DNA of 64,000 nucleotides, from the NCBI GenBank assembly GCA_018062705.1, contig JAGORQ010000001.1:21624-85623 (forward strand). Reading direction: 5' to 3'. Origin of the DNA: Candidatus Shapirobacteria bacterium. GTDB lineage: Bacteria > Patescibacteriota > Microgenomatia > UBA12405. Below, piece by piece: positions 46,502 through 55,057 of the stretch (the first letter of the stretch is position 1; every line of letters starts with the position of its first letter). The notes under the pieces are model-generated. The model did not search any database and was not told where the DNA came from. It saw nothing but the letters and a program-made list of their open reading frames with translations. A program made the position numbers and the translations under genes.

Positions 46502-47040
46502 AATTTGGAAAATAATCTGTCCTTTTGCCAGTTTTTGGGGTTGTTTCTGATGTAGTATTTGATTTGAGTTAACCGTTTTTCGTCGTGAATAATTTCGTCA
46601 TAAAAACGAGGTTGCCAGGCGAAATAAATATTATGTTTTTTGCAGATGCGTTTGACGGCACCTTTGAAGGATTTGATGGTTTGGGAAATTGTTTGGATTG
46701 ATTTGGAATTTATATCTTGATAAAAATCTGGGTGGTTCCGATGGCTATGGATAAATATTGGCGTTGGGGAACTTTCGTGTAGAGACGCATGGCAATGCGT
46801 CTCTACAGGGATATCCCGAATGGTGATTAGCAGGTGAACATGGTTGGGCATGACCACCCAGGGGTTGATAATTAAAGATTTTCGAATAGAGATGGTTTTG
46901 ATTAATTCATCAACAGCAATTTGACCCCTATCCGATAATTCCATTTTTCCGTTGATAATTTTGCCAAAGAAATTGTTATGGTTGTAGGTGCAGATGGTGA
47001 TGAAGTAAAAGCCAGGTGTGGAGTAGTCCCAACCATTCAA
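46498..47040 (-). CDS. IS200/IS605-family HuH Y1 transposase (RAYT-like), second copy, carrying an in-frame family B palindrome
   Basis: YFITICTYN N-terminal motif, HuH (PNHVHLLIT), C-terminal YYIRNNPKNW. Residues VETHCHASLH are encoded by the palindrome at 46779..46806. Confidence 0.7.
   Translation of the reverse strand: MNGWDYSTPGFYFITICTYNHNNFFGKIINGKMELSDRGQIAVDELIKTISIRKSLIINPWVVMPNHVHLLITIRDIPVETHCHASLHESSPTPIFIHSHRNHPDFYQDINSKSIQTISQTIKSFKGAVKRICKKHNIYFAWQPRFYDEIIHDEKRLTQIKYYIRNNPKNWQKDRLFSKL
46779..46806. repeat. Family B palindrome (GTAGAGACGCATGGCAATGCGTCTCTAC) in-frame inside RAYT2
   Basis: Differs by 1 nt from the copy at 46476. Confidence 0.6.
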
Positions 47041-47094
47041 TCGATTGGATTCAGTGCGATATTTTTCGGCAAAGCGGAGAACAAATAAATTGTA

Positions 47095-47652
47095 CTATTT
47101 TTGGCAGGCAGTGGGTGACCAGAGGCCGAGATTGTTCGATTCAGCCTGTTTTTGGGAATCTTTGAACTGTGTTTGGAATTTGTAGGGAATGCGATAGGTG
47201 TATTCATGACCATAACCATTCGCAATGATTTTTTGATTAACTAGGGTGCCGTCGGGCAGATAAACGTAGCGTAGTAGTCGGCCGTATTTGTCGAGATTGC
47301 CTTGGGTTGGGTCGGATACCAATATTACACTTTGATTTTCCAAAAGTTTTTTGGTGAACTCTGAGGCTTCCTTTCCAAAACACTGGACCGGTTTGCGCGG
47401 GTCGACCACTTCGGGAGTGTCGACACCAATTAGGCGGACCGTTTCGATTTTATTATCGATAATAACTTTGATGGTGTCACCATCAACGACCCGGTCGACT
47501 TTTACTGGTGCACCTGAAATTGAGGCGGTGATTGACGGTGTAACAGTGGCAACTATTTTTGTCGGCGTGACGGACGGAAATAAACTCTTAACTAATTTAG
47601 CCTGACTGCGAGGGAGAAAAAGGAGAAGGAAGGAGAGGAGAAGAATTTTCAC
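47095..47652 (-). CDS. Secreted thermonuclease (SNase/micrococcal nuclease family)
   Basis: Signal peptide, VVDGDTIKV...RLIGVDTPE, and YG...R catalytic residues. Confidence 0.8.
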   Translation of the reverse strand: MKILLLSFLLLFLPRSQAKLVKSLFPSVTPTKIVATVTPSITASISGAPVKVDRVVDGDTIKVIIDNKIETVRLIGVDTPEVVDPRKPVQCFGKEASEFTKKLLENQSVILVSDPTQGNLDKYGRLLRYVYLPDGTLVNQKIIANGYGHEYTYRIPYKFQTQFKDSQKQAESNNLGLWSPTACQK

Positions 47653-48548
47653 AATTTACTAACTAACAAATTTTTGGCTTCGTTGATGAATTTTACATCA
47701 ATATTTTCAATAACGTCGTTGGTCGAATGATAATTTTTCATGACTAAACTTTGATCGTTTTGGAGCCAGTAAGTTTTGGATGAATATTTTTCAAGATTTC
47801 GGAATTGAAGTACAAGTTTTAAATCAGTTTTAGTTAAATTTGGACTGCTTAACCCAATACCATCAACTACAAAAATTTGCTTGGCCGACTCGAGAATATC
47901 TTGATGCTTTGATTCAAAAACACGAAAACCGTGACCATCATAATCAACAATATCTTCGGGATACTCGTCGTAGGAAATTTCCTCATTACCGGCAAAAATA
48001 AATAGATTTTTTGTTAGAGAATTTGGATCTGATTTAATAATGTCAACCAGCATGGCGACAGCACAGCCATTGTCCATGGCGCCAGGACCAATAATGGAAT
48101 CGTGATGGGCAAATATTATGTTTTGTGGATTGATGATGTTGCCAACTAAAATATTTTTGGTGAAAAAATCTTCTTTGACGACAGTGATATTGCCATTGAT
48201 AACCTTGGCATTGTTTATTATTTCTTGATCGATCCGGGATATTGCGAGCGATGGTTGGTCGTAAAAAGACACTACACTGATATTGTCTGCATGAGGACTA
48301 GAATGAATAAATTCTTTGGAAACTATTTGGCCACTACTAAAACTACAACCCAGACAAGGAACGGCTTCACCATCTACCAACAACTCGGCTTTGGTGATTC
48401 GAGGAACGGAAGACTCAAAAGGTTCTTCAACAAAGTTGATGTTTGAACTTTTTAATTCGTCAATAATTACTTGCGCCCCCTTGGATTCATCTATACCGTA
48501 GCGAGGAGAGATGGAGGTTAGCTTTTGTAAAAAACTTAGATCAAACAT
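47649..48548 (-). CDS. M28-family Zn-dependent peptidase-like protein
   Basis: HHDS and GAMDNGCAVA motifs. Confidence 0.45.
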   Translation of the reverse strand: MFDLSFLQKLTSISPRYGIDESKGAQVIIDELKSSNINFVEEPFESSVPRITKAELLVDGEAVPCLGCSFSSGQIVSKEFIHSSPHADNISVVSFYDQPSLAISRIDQEIINNAKVINGNITVVKEDFFTKNILVGNIINPQNIIFAHHDSIIGPGAMDNGCAVAMLVDIIKSDPNSLTKNLFIFAGNEEISYDEYPEDIVDYDGHGFRVFESKHQDILESAKQIFVVDGIGLSSPNLTKTDLKLVLQFRNLEKYSSKTYWLQNDQSLVMKNYHSTNDVIENIDVKFINEAKNLLVSKL

Positions 48549-48565
48549 GACTGATTATAACCCAA

Positions 48566-48766
48566 TCAGGCGGTGACGGAGCAGAAGACTCTTTTCTCGC
48601 CATAGTCGTGTTTATCAAACTGTTTTTGATGTTTAGTATCATGCTCGGCAAATTCCTCCTTAAAAACTCGATGCATTTCTTTGATTATAAGTTTAAAGTA
48701 TTCACCAAACTTAACGTCGAATTTTTCATCAATTTTTTTCTCTAACTTATCACTAAATTCTTGCAA
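48566..48766 (-). CDS. Small charged hypothetical protein
   Basis: 66-aa Lys/Glu-rich ORF. Confidence 0.3.
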   Translation of the reverse strand: MQEFSDKLEKKIDEKFDVKFGEYFKLIIKEMHRVFKEEFAEHDTKHQKQFDKHDYGEKRVFCSVTA

Positions 48767-48853
48767 ATCCTTTTTTGTAACAAAATCAGTATTCTTGTTT
48801 ATAAATAATACTACCTCTAGTTTTAATTTTTAAAAATAGACATCAAAAGCATC

Positions 48854-49468
48854 TCAGAAAGTCAGATGACCGTAGCAGGTATTGCCATTGGTACCACTAT
48901 TGGTACCATCGGGACAAGTGGTGGTAGCTCCCCAATAAACATTGGTGATAGTGGTATTGGTAAAAATTGCCTTGTCAAAATTTGAATTATAAGTTTGACC
49001 GTCGATACTAAAAATAGCACCAGTTAGATTGGCGTTGGTAAAATTGGCACCAACTGCTTGGACATCTGTCAGCCTGGCACCGGTAATGTCGTCACCGGTG
49101 AAATCAGTACCGTTGAGACGAGCATAGTTGAGATTGGCACCAGTTAGTTTGTGGCCGGTAAAATCATGATAAATAATTCGTTCTTGTGACAAATCGGCAT
49201 TGGTCAGATCGGTGAGATATGAACCAGAGGTACTATAAATATTGTTGGTGATGTAGGTGGTGGTACCGACACCAGTTGAACTACCACCAGTACTTAGGGT
49301 GACTGCAGTTTCACGAGGAAAACAAGTTTGCTTACCAGCAATAATTCTGATTAAACCAAGCGGGGTGATACAAGCATTTAGCGAACCGGCGGCCAAAACT
49401 TCTTTAGTGACTAGAGCCACAACTAAACCAATAACGAGACCAGTACAGAGAATCGTTATTTTTTTCAT
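48854..49468 (-). CDS. Secreted pentapeptide-repeat protein
   Basis: Signal peptide plus tandem A(D/N)LxG pentapeptides (ANLNYARLNGTDFTGDDITGARLTDVQAVGANFTNANLTGAIF). Confidence 0.75.
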   Translation of the reverse strand: MKKITILCTGLVIGLVVALVTKEVLAAGSLNACITPLGLIRIIAGKQTCFPRETAVTLSTGGSSTGVGTTTYITNNIYSTSGSYLTDLTNADLSQERIIYHDFTGHKLTGANLNYARLNGTDFTGDDITGARLTDVQAVGANFTNANLTGAIFSIDGQTYNSNFDKAIFTNTTITNVYWGATTTCPDGTNSGTNGNTCYGHLTF

Positions 49469-49551
49469 TAAATTAATAATATAATCTTGGTACAGAGAGT
49501 CAATGACCTAGAGTGGTGAAACCGTAGCTGAAACAAGGTAGAATTGTCAAT

Positions 49552-51249
49552 ATGTGGAACTGGAAAAAATGGTTGATGGTTGGCATACTGACTGGATTAG
49601 CAGTATTTAGATTTAGTGGAATACTGAACAATCCTCCATCGCTGTTTTCTGATGAGGTGGATGAGGGTTACCAGGCATTTGTTTTAAATAACTGCGGTAC
49701 GGATTATTTTGGAAATAAATGGCCAGTGCATTTTCAATCTTTTGCCGACTTTAGAACACCGCTTTATATATATAGTATTGCTGGACTAGAAAGATTAGGA
49801 GTAGGGAGCGAACTGGCAGTGAGATTGCCGTCAGCAATTATGGGGATAGTTACTATTGGTGGCTTTTTTGGATTAATAATGTTGGTGTTTAATAACTATT
49901 GGCTGGCAGTGACCGGAATGGTCTTGCTAGCAATTAACCCGTGGTGGTGGCATTTTAGTCGAGGTGGGTGGGAAGTGGTGGGGATGATAATGTGTTTGTT
50001 GTGGGCACTAATTTGCTGGCTAAAATATTTGGATAACAAGCGAATTGGCTGGTTGTTGACTGGAGCAACTTTACTGGCGGGAAGTTTTTATTTTTATGCT
50101 ACTGCCAAAATGATGGCGGTAATATTGGGGATATTGCAAATTATCGTCTGGAGAAAACAGACCACAAAAATTGACAAAAAACATTTAATATTGGGGCTGG
50201 CTTGGTTGATGTTGGTAAGTGCGCCGATGATCAAAGACACTTTAAATGGGCGGGCTGGATACCGGTTTAATTATATTAATATTTTTTCTGACCCTACCAA
50301 TTCAAAAGTGGTTGACGGGGTACGTTACCAGGATGGGTTGTTGATGCAAAAGAAAGATACGGTTGGAATAGTGCCCAGCGCTGAAACTAAAATTGCTCAC
50401 AATAAACTAAGTTTGTTGGTGTCTAAATTTGGACGAAATTATCTAAAAGCATTTTCGACTGATTATTTATTTTTGACTGGCGACGGAAATTTGCGACATG
50501 GATTTGGAAGCAAAGGTTACTTGCTTTATCCAGATTTTATTTTAGTTATTTTGGGAATTGGAGCGGTCATATTTTCAAAAAAATACAAAAATAATCTGGG
50601 GACATTCATGTTGGGATGGTTACTGTTGGCACCAATTCCCAATGCGTTGACTCGGGATAGTGATTTTCCAAACGGTACTCGGTTGCTACTGATGTTAATA
50701 CCTCTTATGTACTTGGTGGTGGTGGGAATTAAAACTATTTGGAACAAAAAATGGCTACTGGCAATTACACTGGTAACCTACGGTTTGTCGTTTGCTGATT
50801 TTTATCATTATTATAGTTATCACTTTCCTCAAATTGCGCCAAAGGAATGGCATTACGGTATTAAAGAAGCGGTAAATGAATCGATTAAATTGGCACAACC
50901 TGATGACAAAATATATTTTAGTAATAGTTATGAGCCAGTACTACCATTTTTTTGGTTTTATAATAATTATTTACCGAGTAGTGGTAGCTGTGTGCCAGCA
51001 AAGGCGCTGGTAAAAACTAGCGAGTTTGGATTTGAAGGCAAAAGTTTGGAAAATAAATATTATTTTGGTAATTTTGAATGGAGGGAAATGGTGAAGAACA
51101 GATCCAGCCTAGAAAACAAAATATTTGTAATCAATAGCAAAGATATGGATCAAATTAAAATGTTACCGGGAGTAAAAGTTGACTTTTTGGCTCTACCACA
51201 AATTAAGTTTACCGAACAAGAAAAATTTTGGATAATCAGGCTAGATTAA
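49552..51249 (+). CDS. GT-C fold glycosyltransferase (PMT/ArnT-like, GT39/83) polytopic membrane protein; second paralog
   Basis: DE loop motif (FSDEVDEGYQAF) and about 12 TM helices. Confidence 0.6.
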   Translation: MWNWKKWLMVGILTGLAVFRFSGILNNPPSLFSDEVDEGYQAFVLNNCGTDYFGNKWPVHFQSFADFRTPLYIYSIAGLERLGVGSELAVRLPSAIMGIVTIGGFFGLIMLVFNNYWLAVTGMVLLAINPWWWHFSRGGWEVVGMIMCLLWALICWLKYLDNKRIGWLLTGATLLAGSFYFYATAKMMAVILGILQIIVWRKQTTKIDKKHLILGLAWLMLVSAPMIKDTLNGRAGYRFNYINIFSDPTNSKVVDGVRYQDGLLMQKKDTVGIVPSAETKIAHNKLSLLVSKFGRNYLKAFSTDYLFLTGDGNLRHGFGSKGYLLYPDFILVILGIGAVIFSKKYKNNLGTFMLGWLLLAPIPNALTRDSDFPNGTRLLLMLIPLMYLVVVGIKTIWNKKWLLAITLVTYGLSFADFYHYYSYHFPQIAPKEWHYGIKEAVNESIKLAQPDDKIYFSNSYEPVLPFFWFYNNYLPSSGSCVPAKALVKTSEFGFEGKSLENKYYFGNFEWREMVKNRSSLENKIFVINSKDMDQIKMLPGVKVDFLALPQIKFTEQEKFWIIRLD

Positions 51250-51701
51250 ATTTGACCTAAAGATATTTTTTGGATGCTGACTGGCTGATCGTTGACCATG
51301 ACTTTGGTGCCAATCGGTTGACCGAGAAGGGCAATGCCGAGTGGACTGTCAGCGGATACCCAGTCTGGACGGAGTCGAGCATCGTTTTTGCCAACCAAGG
51401 TGAGGGTGATTTGACGTTTATCGGTTTCAAAAAAAATAGTGACCTGGTGACCAAACTCGACAGTATTGGTTTGAGTTGGAGCGGTAGCCACAGTTGATTC
51501 TTTTAAATCGGTTTCGAGTTGATCAATTTGAGATTGAAGCACCTGGGCTCGTTCGCCTAGAAAGATGTAGGCGGAATTTTCTTTGAGGTCGCCCTCGGCG
51601 GCGGCGGCTTGACGCTCGTCGTAGGTGCGGGTGAGCTCGGACTTGAGCTCCTGAATTTGAGTGGTAAGGTTGTCTAAACCTAGTTGAGTAATCAAGGACA
51701 T
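51246..51701 (-). CDS. greA: Transcription elongation factor GreA
   Basis: N-terminal coiled coil (LTTQIQELKSELTR...) and C-terminal FKBP-like domain (VEFGHQVTIFF...GKNDARLRPDWVSADSPLGIALLG). Start at the internal Met. Confidence 0.8.
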   Translation of the reverse strand: MSLITQLGLDNLTTQIQELKSELTRTYDERQAAAAEGDLKENSAYIFLGERAQVLQSQIDQLETDLKESTVATAPTQTNTVEFGHQVTIFFETDKRQITLTLVGKNDARLRPDWVSADSPLGIALLGQPIGTKVMVNDQPVSIQKISLGQI

Positions 51702-51748
51702 GACGTCTATTTTAACACAAGAGCTAGTTTTGTAAGTTATACTTTGGC

Positions 51749-52447
51749 ATGAAATATGCAGTTTTGACAGGCGGATCATCAACAATTGGGCGGTTAGTAG
51801 CCAACGAGTTAATTAAAAATGATTTTGAAGTGGCGTTAATTGGACGAGATACTCAAAAATTAAAAGAAATCGGATTGCCGTATATTGAAGCAGATTTGTC
51901 GAACACAAAAAATATAGATACGTTAGTTAATAAAATATTAGAAAAAAATAAAAAAATAGACTTAATTGCCAATATTGCCGGTGTCTGGCACAACTCCGAT
52001 AGTGTTTTTGCTGGCGTAGATTTTGAGAAGTTTGAAGATAAAACAATAACTGAAACGATGAATGTGGGGATTTTGTCGCCGATGCTTTTGGTAAAGAAAT
52101 TAATTCCCAATATGGCAACTAATTCTTTGATAACTAATTTGTCTGGTACTTTTGAAAATGGGGGAAAAGGCTGGCTTCCTTATTTTGTTTCAAAAAGAGC
52201 GATTGAAGATTTTACTGTAGGATTAGCTGACGAATTACGAGAGAAAAATATTCGGGTGTGTGGAATTTCACCATCGGACACAGCAACCGAAAGTTATAAA
52301 AAGTTTTTCCCACAATATATTGAAGATTCTCTTGACCCAAGAGAAATTGCTAAATTTGTAACAGATCTATATTTTAATTCAAAAGAAACTGGGAAAATTT
52401 TTGTATTGAAAAAAGACACAAAACCTTTTGAGAATTTTCATTATTAA
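51749..52447 (+). CDS. SDR-family oxidoreductase
   Basis: TGGSSTIGR Rossmann motif, NIAG, YxxxK (YFVSKRA). Confidence 0.8.
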   Translation: MKYAVLTGGSSTIGRLVANELIKNDFEVALIGRDTQKLKEIGLPYIEADLSNTKNIDTLVNKILEKNKKIDLIANIAGVWHNSDSVFAGVDFEKFEDKTITETMNVGILSPMLLVKKLIPNMATNSLITNLSGTFENGGKGWLPYFVSKRAIEDFTVGLADELREKNIRVCGISPSDTATESYKKFFPQYIEDSLDPREIAKFVTDLYFNSKETGKIFVLKKDTKPFENFHY

Positions 52448-53007
52448 TGACCTACAAAACTCATAATGCATTTGGATTGGGATTGATGTTGGCGATAGCC
52501 ATATATCAGCCGGCAGAATCGATTGGGGTGGCCACAATAATTTTGGCGCTAATTGCTAATGCAGTTGGATCGATTGCCCCAGATATGGATCAGGGGTCAA
52601 ACAAGCTTTGGAGTATGTTGCCGGTGGGCAATATTATTGGAAAATTTTTGAGACGAATTTTTTTGGGGCACAGAGCAGTGTCACACTCATTCTTGGGAAT
52701 CTGGATAATTTATAAAATAAACATGTGGATATTTTTTAATATATTTAACCCTAATTTTGTAAATCCGGAGTGGATTGTGTTGGGATTTATGGTGGGATAT
52801 TTGTCGCACATTTTGATTGATGGATTAACTGAAGAGGGTGTTCCCCTACTCTGGCCACTGCCCTGGAAAGTAGGCTTCCCGCCAATTAAACCCTGGCGGA
52901 TAAAAACTGGTAAATGGTTTGAAAACTTGATTATTTTTCCAGGAATATTATTGTGGATTGGCTGGATGGGGTGGGATAAGTGGCTTCACTTGATATTGTT
53001 TTTATAG
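52447..53007 (+). CDS. Membrane-bound metal-dependent hydrolase, YdjM/DUF457 family
   Basis: Conserved His residues in TM segments (HNAFGLG...HRAVSHSFLG...HILIDGLT). Confidence 0.45.
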   Translation: MTYKTHNAFGLGLMLAIAIYQPAESIGVATIILALIANAVGSIAPDMDQGSNKLWSMLPVGNIIGKFLRRIFLGHRAVSHSFLGIWIIYKINMWIFFNIFNPNFVNPEWIVLGFMVGYLSHILIDGLTEEGVPLLWPLPWKVGFPPIKPWRIKTGKWFENLIIFPGILLWIGWMGWDKWLHLILFL

Positions 53008-53460
53008 AGAATGCCAATTGAACAATAGTAGAATTAGACTAGCGGTGGAAAACATCATGATGATTTGAAAAAAGACTTGCATAATAATCAGGCATTGTTG
53101 ATAAGAGATGTTGCCAAAAATATAGCGAAGAATTTGAAACCGATCATCAATATAATGTGGGAAATGCTTTGGTTCCAAAAATTGCTGGAGGAAAAAGTAA
53201 AGTGTTTCGCCGGCACTACGAATGACCCAAAAAATTAGGAAGAAAAATAAACCAAACTTTAGTTGCTCGGTGACTACGGTAATAATTGAGGCAATTAGAC
53301 CGTAAAGCGAGAAGATAAATATATCTTCCCAGACAAAGGCGCCAATTAAAAATGCCCAACTGTAGGTGAACTCGGCAATTTGCTTGCCCCGACGAATACT
53401 TCGCCAGGAGATGACTAAGAGGATTAAAAAAATTAGGGTAGAGAGGTAGGCGGGGAACAT
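53002..53460 (-). CDS. Hypothetical polytopic membrane protein
   Basis: About 4 TM helices from the internal Met MFPAYLSTLIF. The upstream part of the track ORF lies over repeats B7/B8. Confidence 0.4.
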   Translation of the reverse strand: MFPAYLSTLIFLILLVISWRSIRRGKQIAEFTYSWAFLIGAFVWEDIFIFSLYGLIASIITVVTEQLKFGLFFFLIFWVIRSAGETLYFFLQQFLEPKHFPHYIDDRFQILRYIFGNISYQQCLIIMQVFFQIIMMFSTASLILLLFNWHSL

Positions 53461-53496
53461 TGCCTGATTGTAACATTTATGAAAAAACTTGTACCA

Positions 53497-53522
53497 AGAG
53501 ACGTCATATATGACGTCTCTAC
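53497..53522. repeat. Family B palindrome (AGAGACGTCATATATGACGTCTCTAC)
   Basis: Perfect palindrome, intergenic. Confidence 0.6.
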
Positions 53523-53613
53523 AAAAATATTCTAGAGTCTTCGCTAAAACAAAACAAAACAAACAGAAGAGTTTAAATTGAAGATAAATACCTAGGTTTA
53601 GTTTTATGCTGAA

Positions 53614-53638
53614 AGAGACGCACATAGTGCGTCTCTAC
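53614..53638. repeat. Family B palindrome (AGAGACGCACATAGTGCGTCTCTAC) 4 nt from the stop of the minus-strand kinase gene
   Basis: Near-perfect palindrome with one central unpaired nt. Second copy 92 nt from B7. Confidence 0.6.
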
Positions 53639-53642
53639 AAAA

Positions 53643-54086
53643 TTAAATTATTTCTTTAACTAGTTTTTCGACTGGTAAGGTGGCGTCGAGGCTTTTGTCG
53701 ATAAGTCCGGCACGTTTAAGCTCGGATTGATAATCAAAATTACCATCAAGATAAAGTGATAGATCTTCTTTGCCGGACTTTAAATTAATTTGATTACGAC
53801 GAGTGGCTTCGGTGACAGTTATTTCGAGTTGATAAATTTTGAAACCAAGTTTTTTGGCTTCGCGAAGATCATCGAGAGTTAAGTAATCAGTGTTGGCAAT
53901 TAACAAAATATCTTTTTGAGCAAAAGCATCTTTGAGGATTTTGGGGATTTGATCGGCATATTTTTCGTGAACATCGGAAGTTGTTAGTTCTTCGTCAATT
54001 TCCCGATATTGGATATTTTTGGACCGGAGATGTGTGGCGAGAGTGGTTTTACCCGAGAGTGACGCGCCGATGATGATGGTTTTCAT
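53643..54086 (-). CDS. P-loop NTPase, small kinase-like protein
   Basis: Walker A (GASLSGKTT) in a 147-aa protein. Confidence 0.5.
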   Translation of the reverse strand: MKTIIIGASLSGKTTLATHLRSKNIQYREIDEELTTSDVHEKYADQIPKILKDAFAQKDILLIANTDYLTLDDLREAKKLGFKIYQLEITVTEATRRNQINLKSGKEDLSLYLDGNFDYQSELKRAGLIDKSLDATLPVEKLVKEII

Positions 54087-54087
54087 A

Positions 54088-54678
54088 TTATTTTTGAGGA
54101 TTTTTAAACATTTTACCGTGTCCAGGAATTATAAAATCGGCGACCTCAAGCACGGTCTGTCTTGATTTTTTAAGTGCTTCAATGTCGGTGGCAAAAGGGT
54201 CGACTAAATTCATTAAGTCTTCAACGGTGTCAGACTTTTGTTCACCATCTTCCCACCAAAAAACATCTGGGGCAATAGCTACTGTGCCATCTTTGGTGGT
54301 AACTAATAGCGTGGCATCTTCGGGTGAATGACCGGGGGTGGATAATATTTTTATGTCGGTGCCTGGCAAATAATCCTTGTAAAAATGCTCCTCATCTTCT
54401 CGCCACATGATGCCTCCATCATAAATGTCTACACCAGGAAAAAGTCGGATGTTTAAAAAATGATCGGGGTGGTAATGACTCAAATAAACTCCGGTAATGT
54501 CGGAAATTTTGAGATTATTTTTTGATAAAGCCTCGAGTAATAATTTTGAATTGGTGCCGGGATCAACAATAAATTTTTTGGTAACCGTATCGATTAAAGT
54601 GGTAGTGGGGCTGGCAATATAGATACCGTCTTTGCCAGGGTGGGCATAGCCTTCAATGAGAATGGTGATTGTATTCAT
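54088..54678 (-). CDS. MBL-fold metallo-hydrolase
   Basis: HxHxDH motif (LSHYHPDH) and downstream His/Asp ligands. Confidence 0.75.
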   Translation of the reverse strand: MNTITILIEGYAHPGKDGIYIASPTTTLIDTVTKKFIVDPGTNSKLLLEALSKNNLKISDITGVYLSHYHPDHFLNIRLFPGVDIYDGGIMWREDEEHFYKDYLPGTDIKILSTPGHSPEDATLLVTTKDGTVAIAPDVFWWEDGEQKSDTVEDLMNLVDPFATDIEALKKSRQTVLEVADFIIPGHGKMFKNPQK

Positions 54679-54714
54679 ATGGGGTTATTTTATAACATTT
54701 ACTTTTTATTTGGA

Positions 54715-54772
54715 CTGTTCCAATTTCAACTAGATTGCCACCCTTTCGACTTTGCTCAGGATCGCAATAACG
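54715..54772. repeat. Family C module copy (CAATTTCAACTAGATTGCC...TTTCGACTTTGCTCAGGATCGCAATAACG) immediately upstream of the MBL hydrolase gene
   Basis: About 85% identical to the copy at 57268, including the adjacent start-codon-proximal sequence. Confidence 0.5.
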
Positions 54773-55057
54773 TATGTATATGAATATTGATTAACAAAGT
54801 GTAATATTAATTATGAAAGGAAAACATAAAAGGATTAGAAGAAAAGAACTAAAAGACACTACTTCGATTGGCGAATGGTCAAGAATGTTGCACAAATGGT
54901 GGAAATTGAGTGTGCTAAATAAAATTGAATTCAAGAAGAAACGGGAAGACATACAATAGTACCCGTCTTTGTTTTCTAGCTATTTTATTGATGGTGATTG
55001 ATGCCATGTCGATATCAGGAGTTTAATTAAAATCTGTGTGTTAATTGGGACGGAGCA

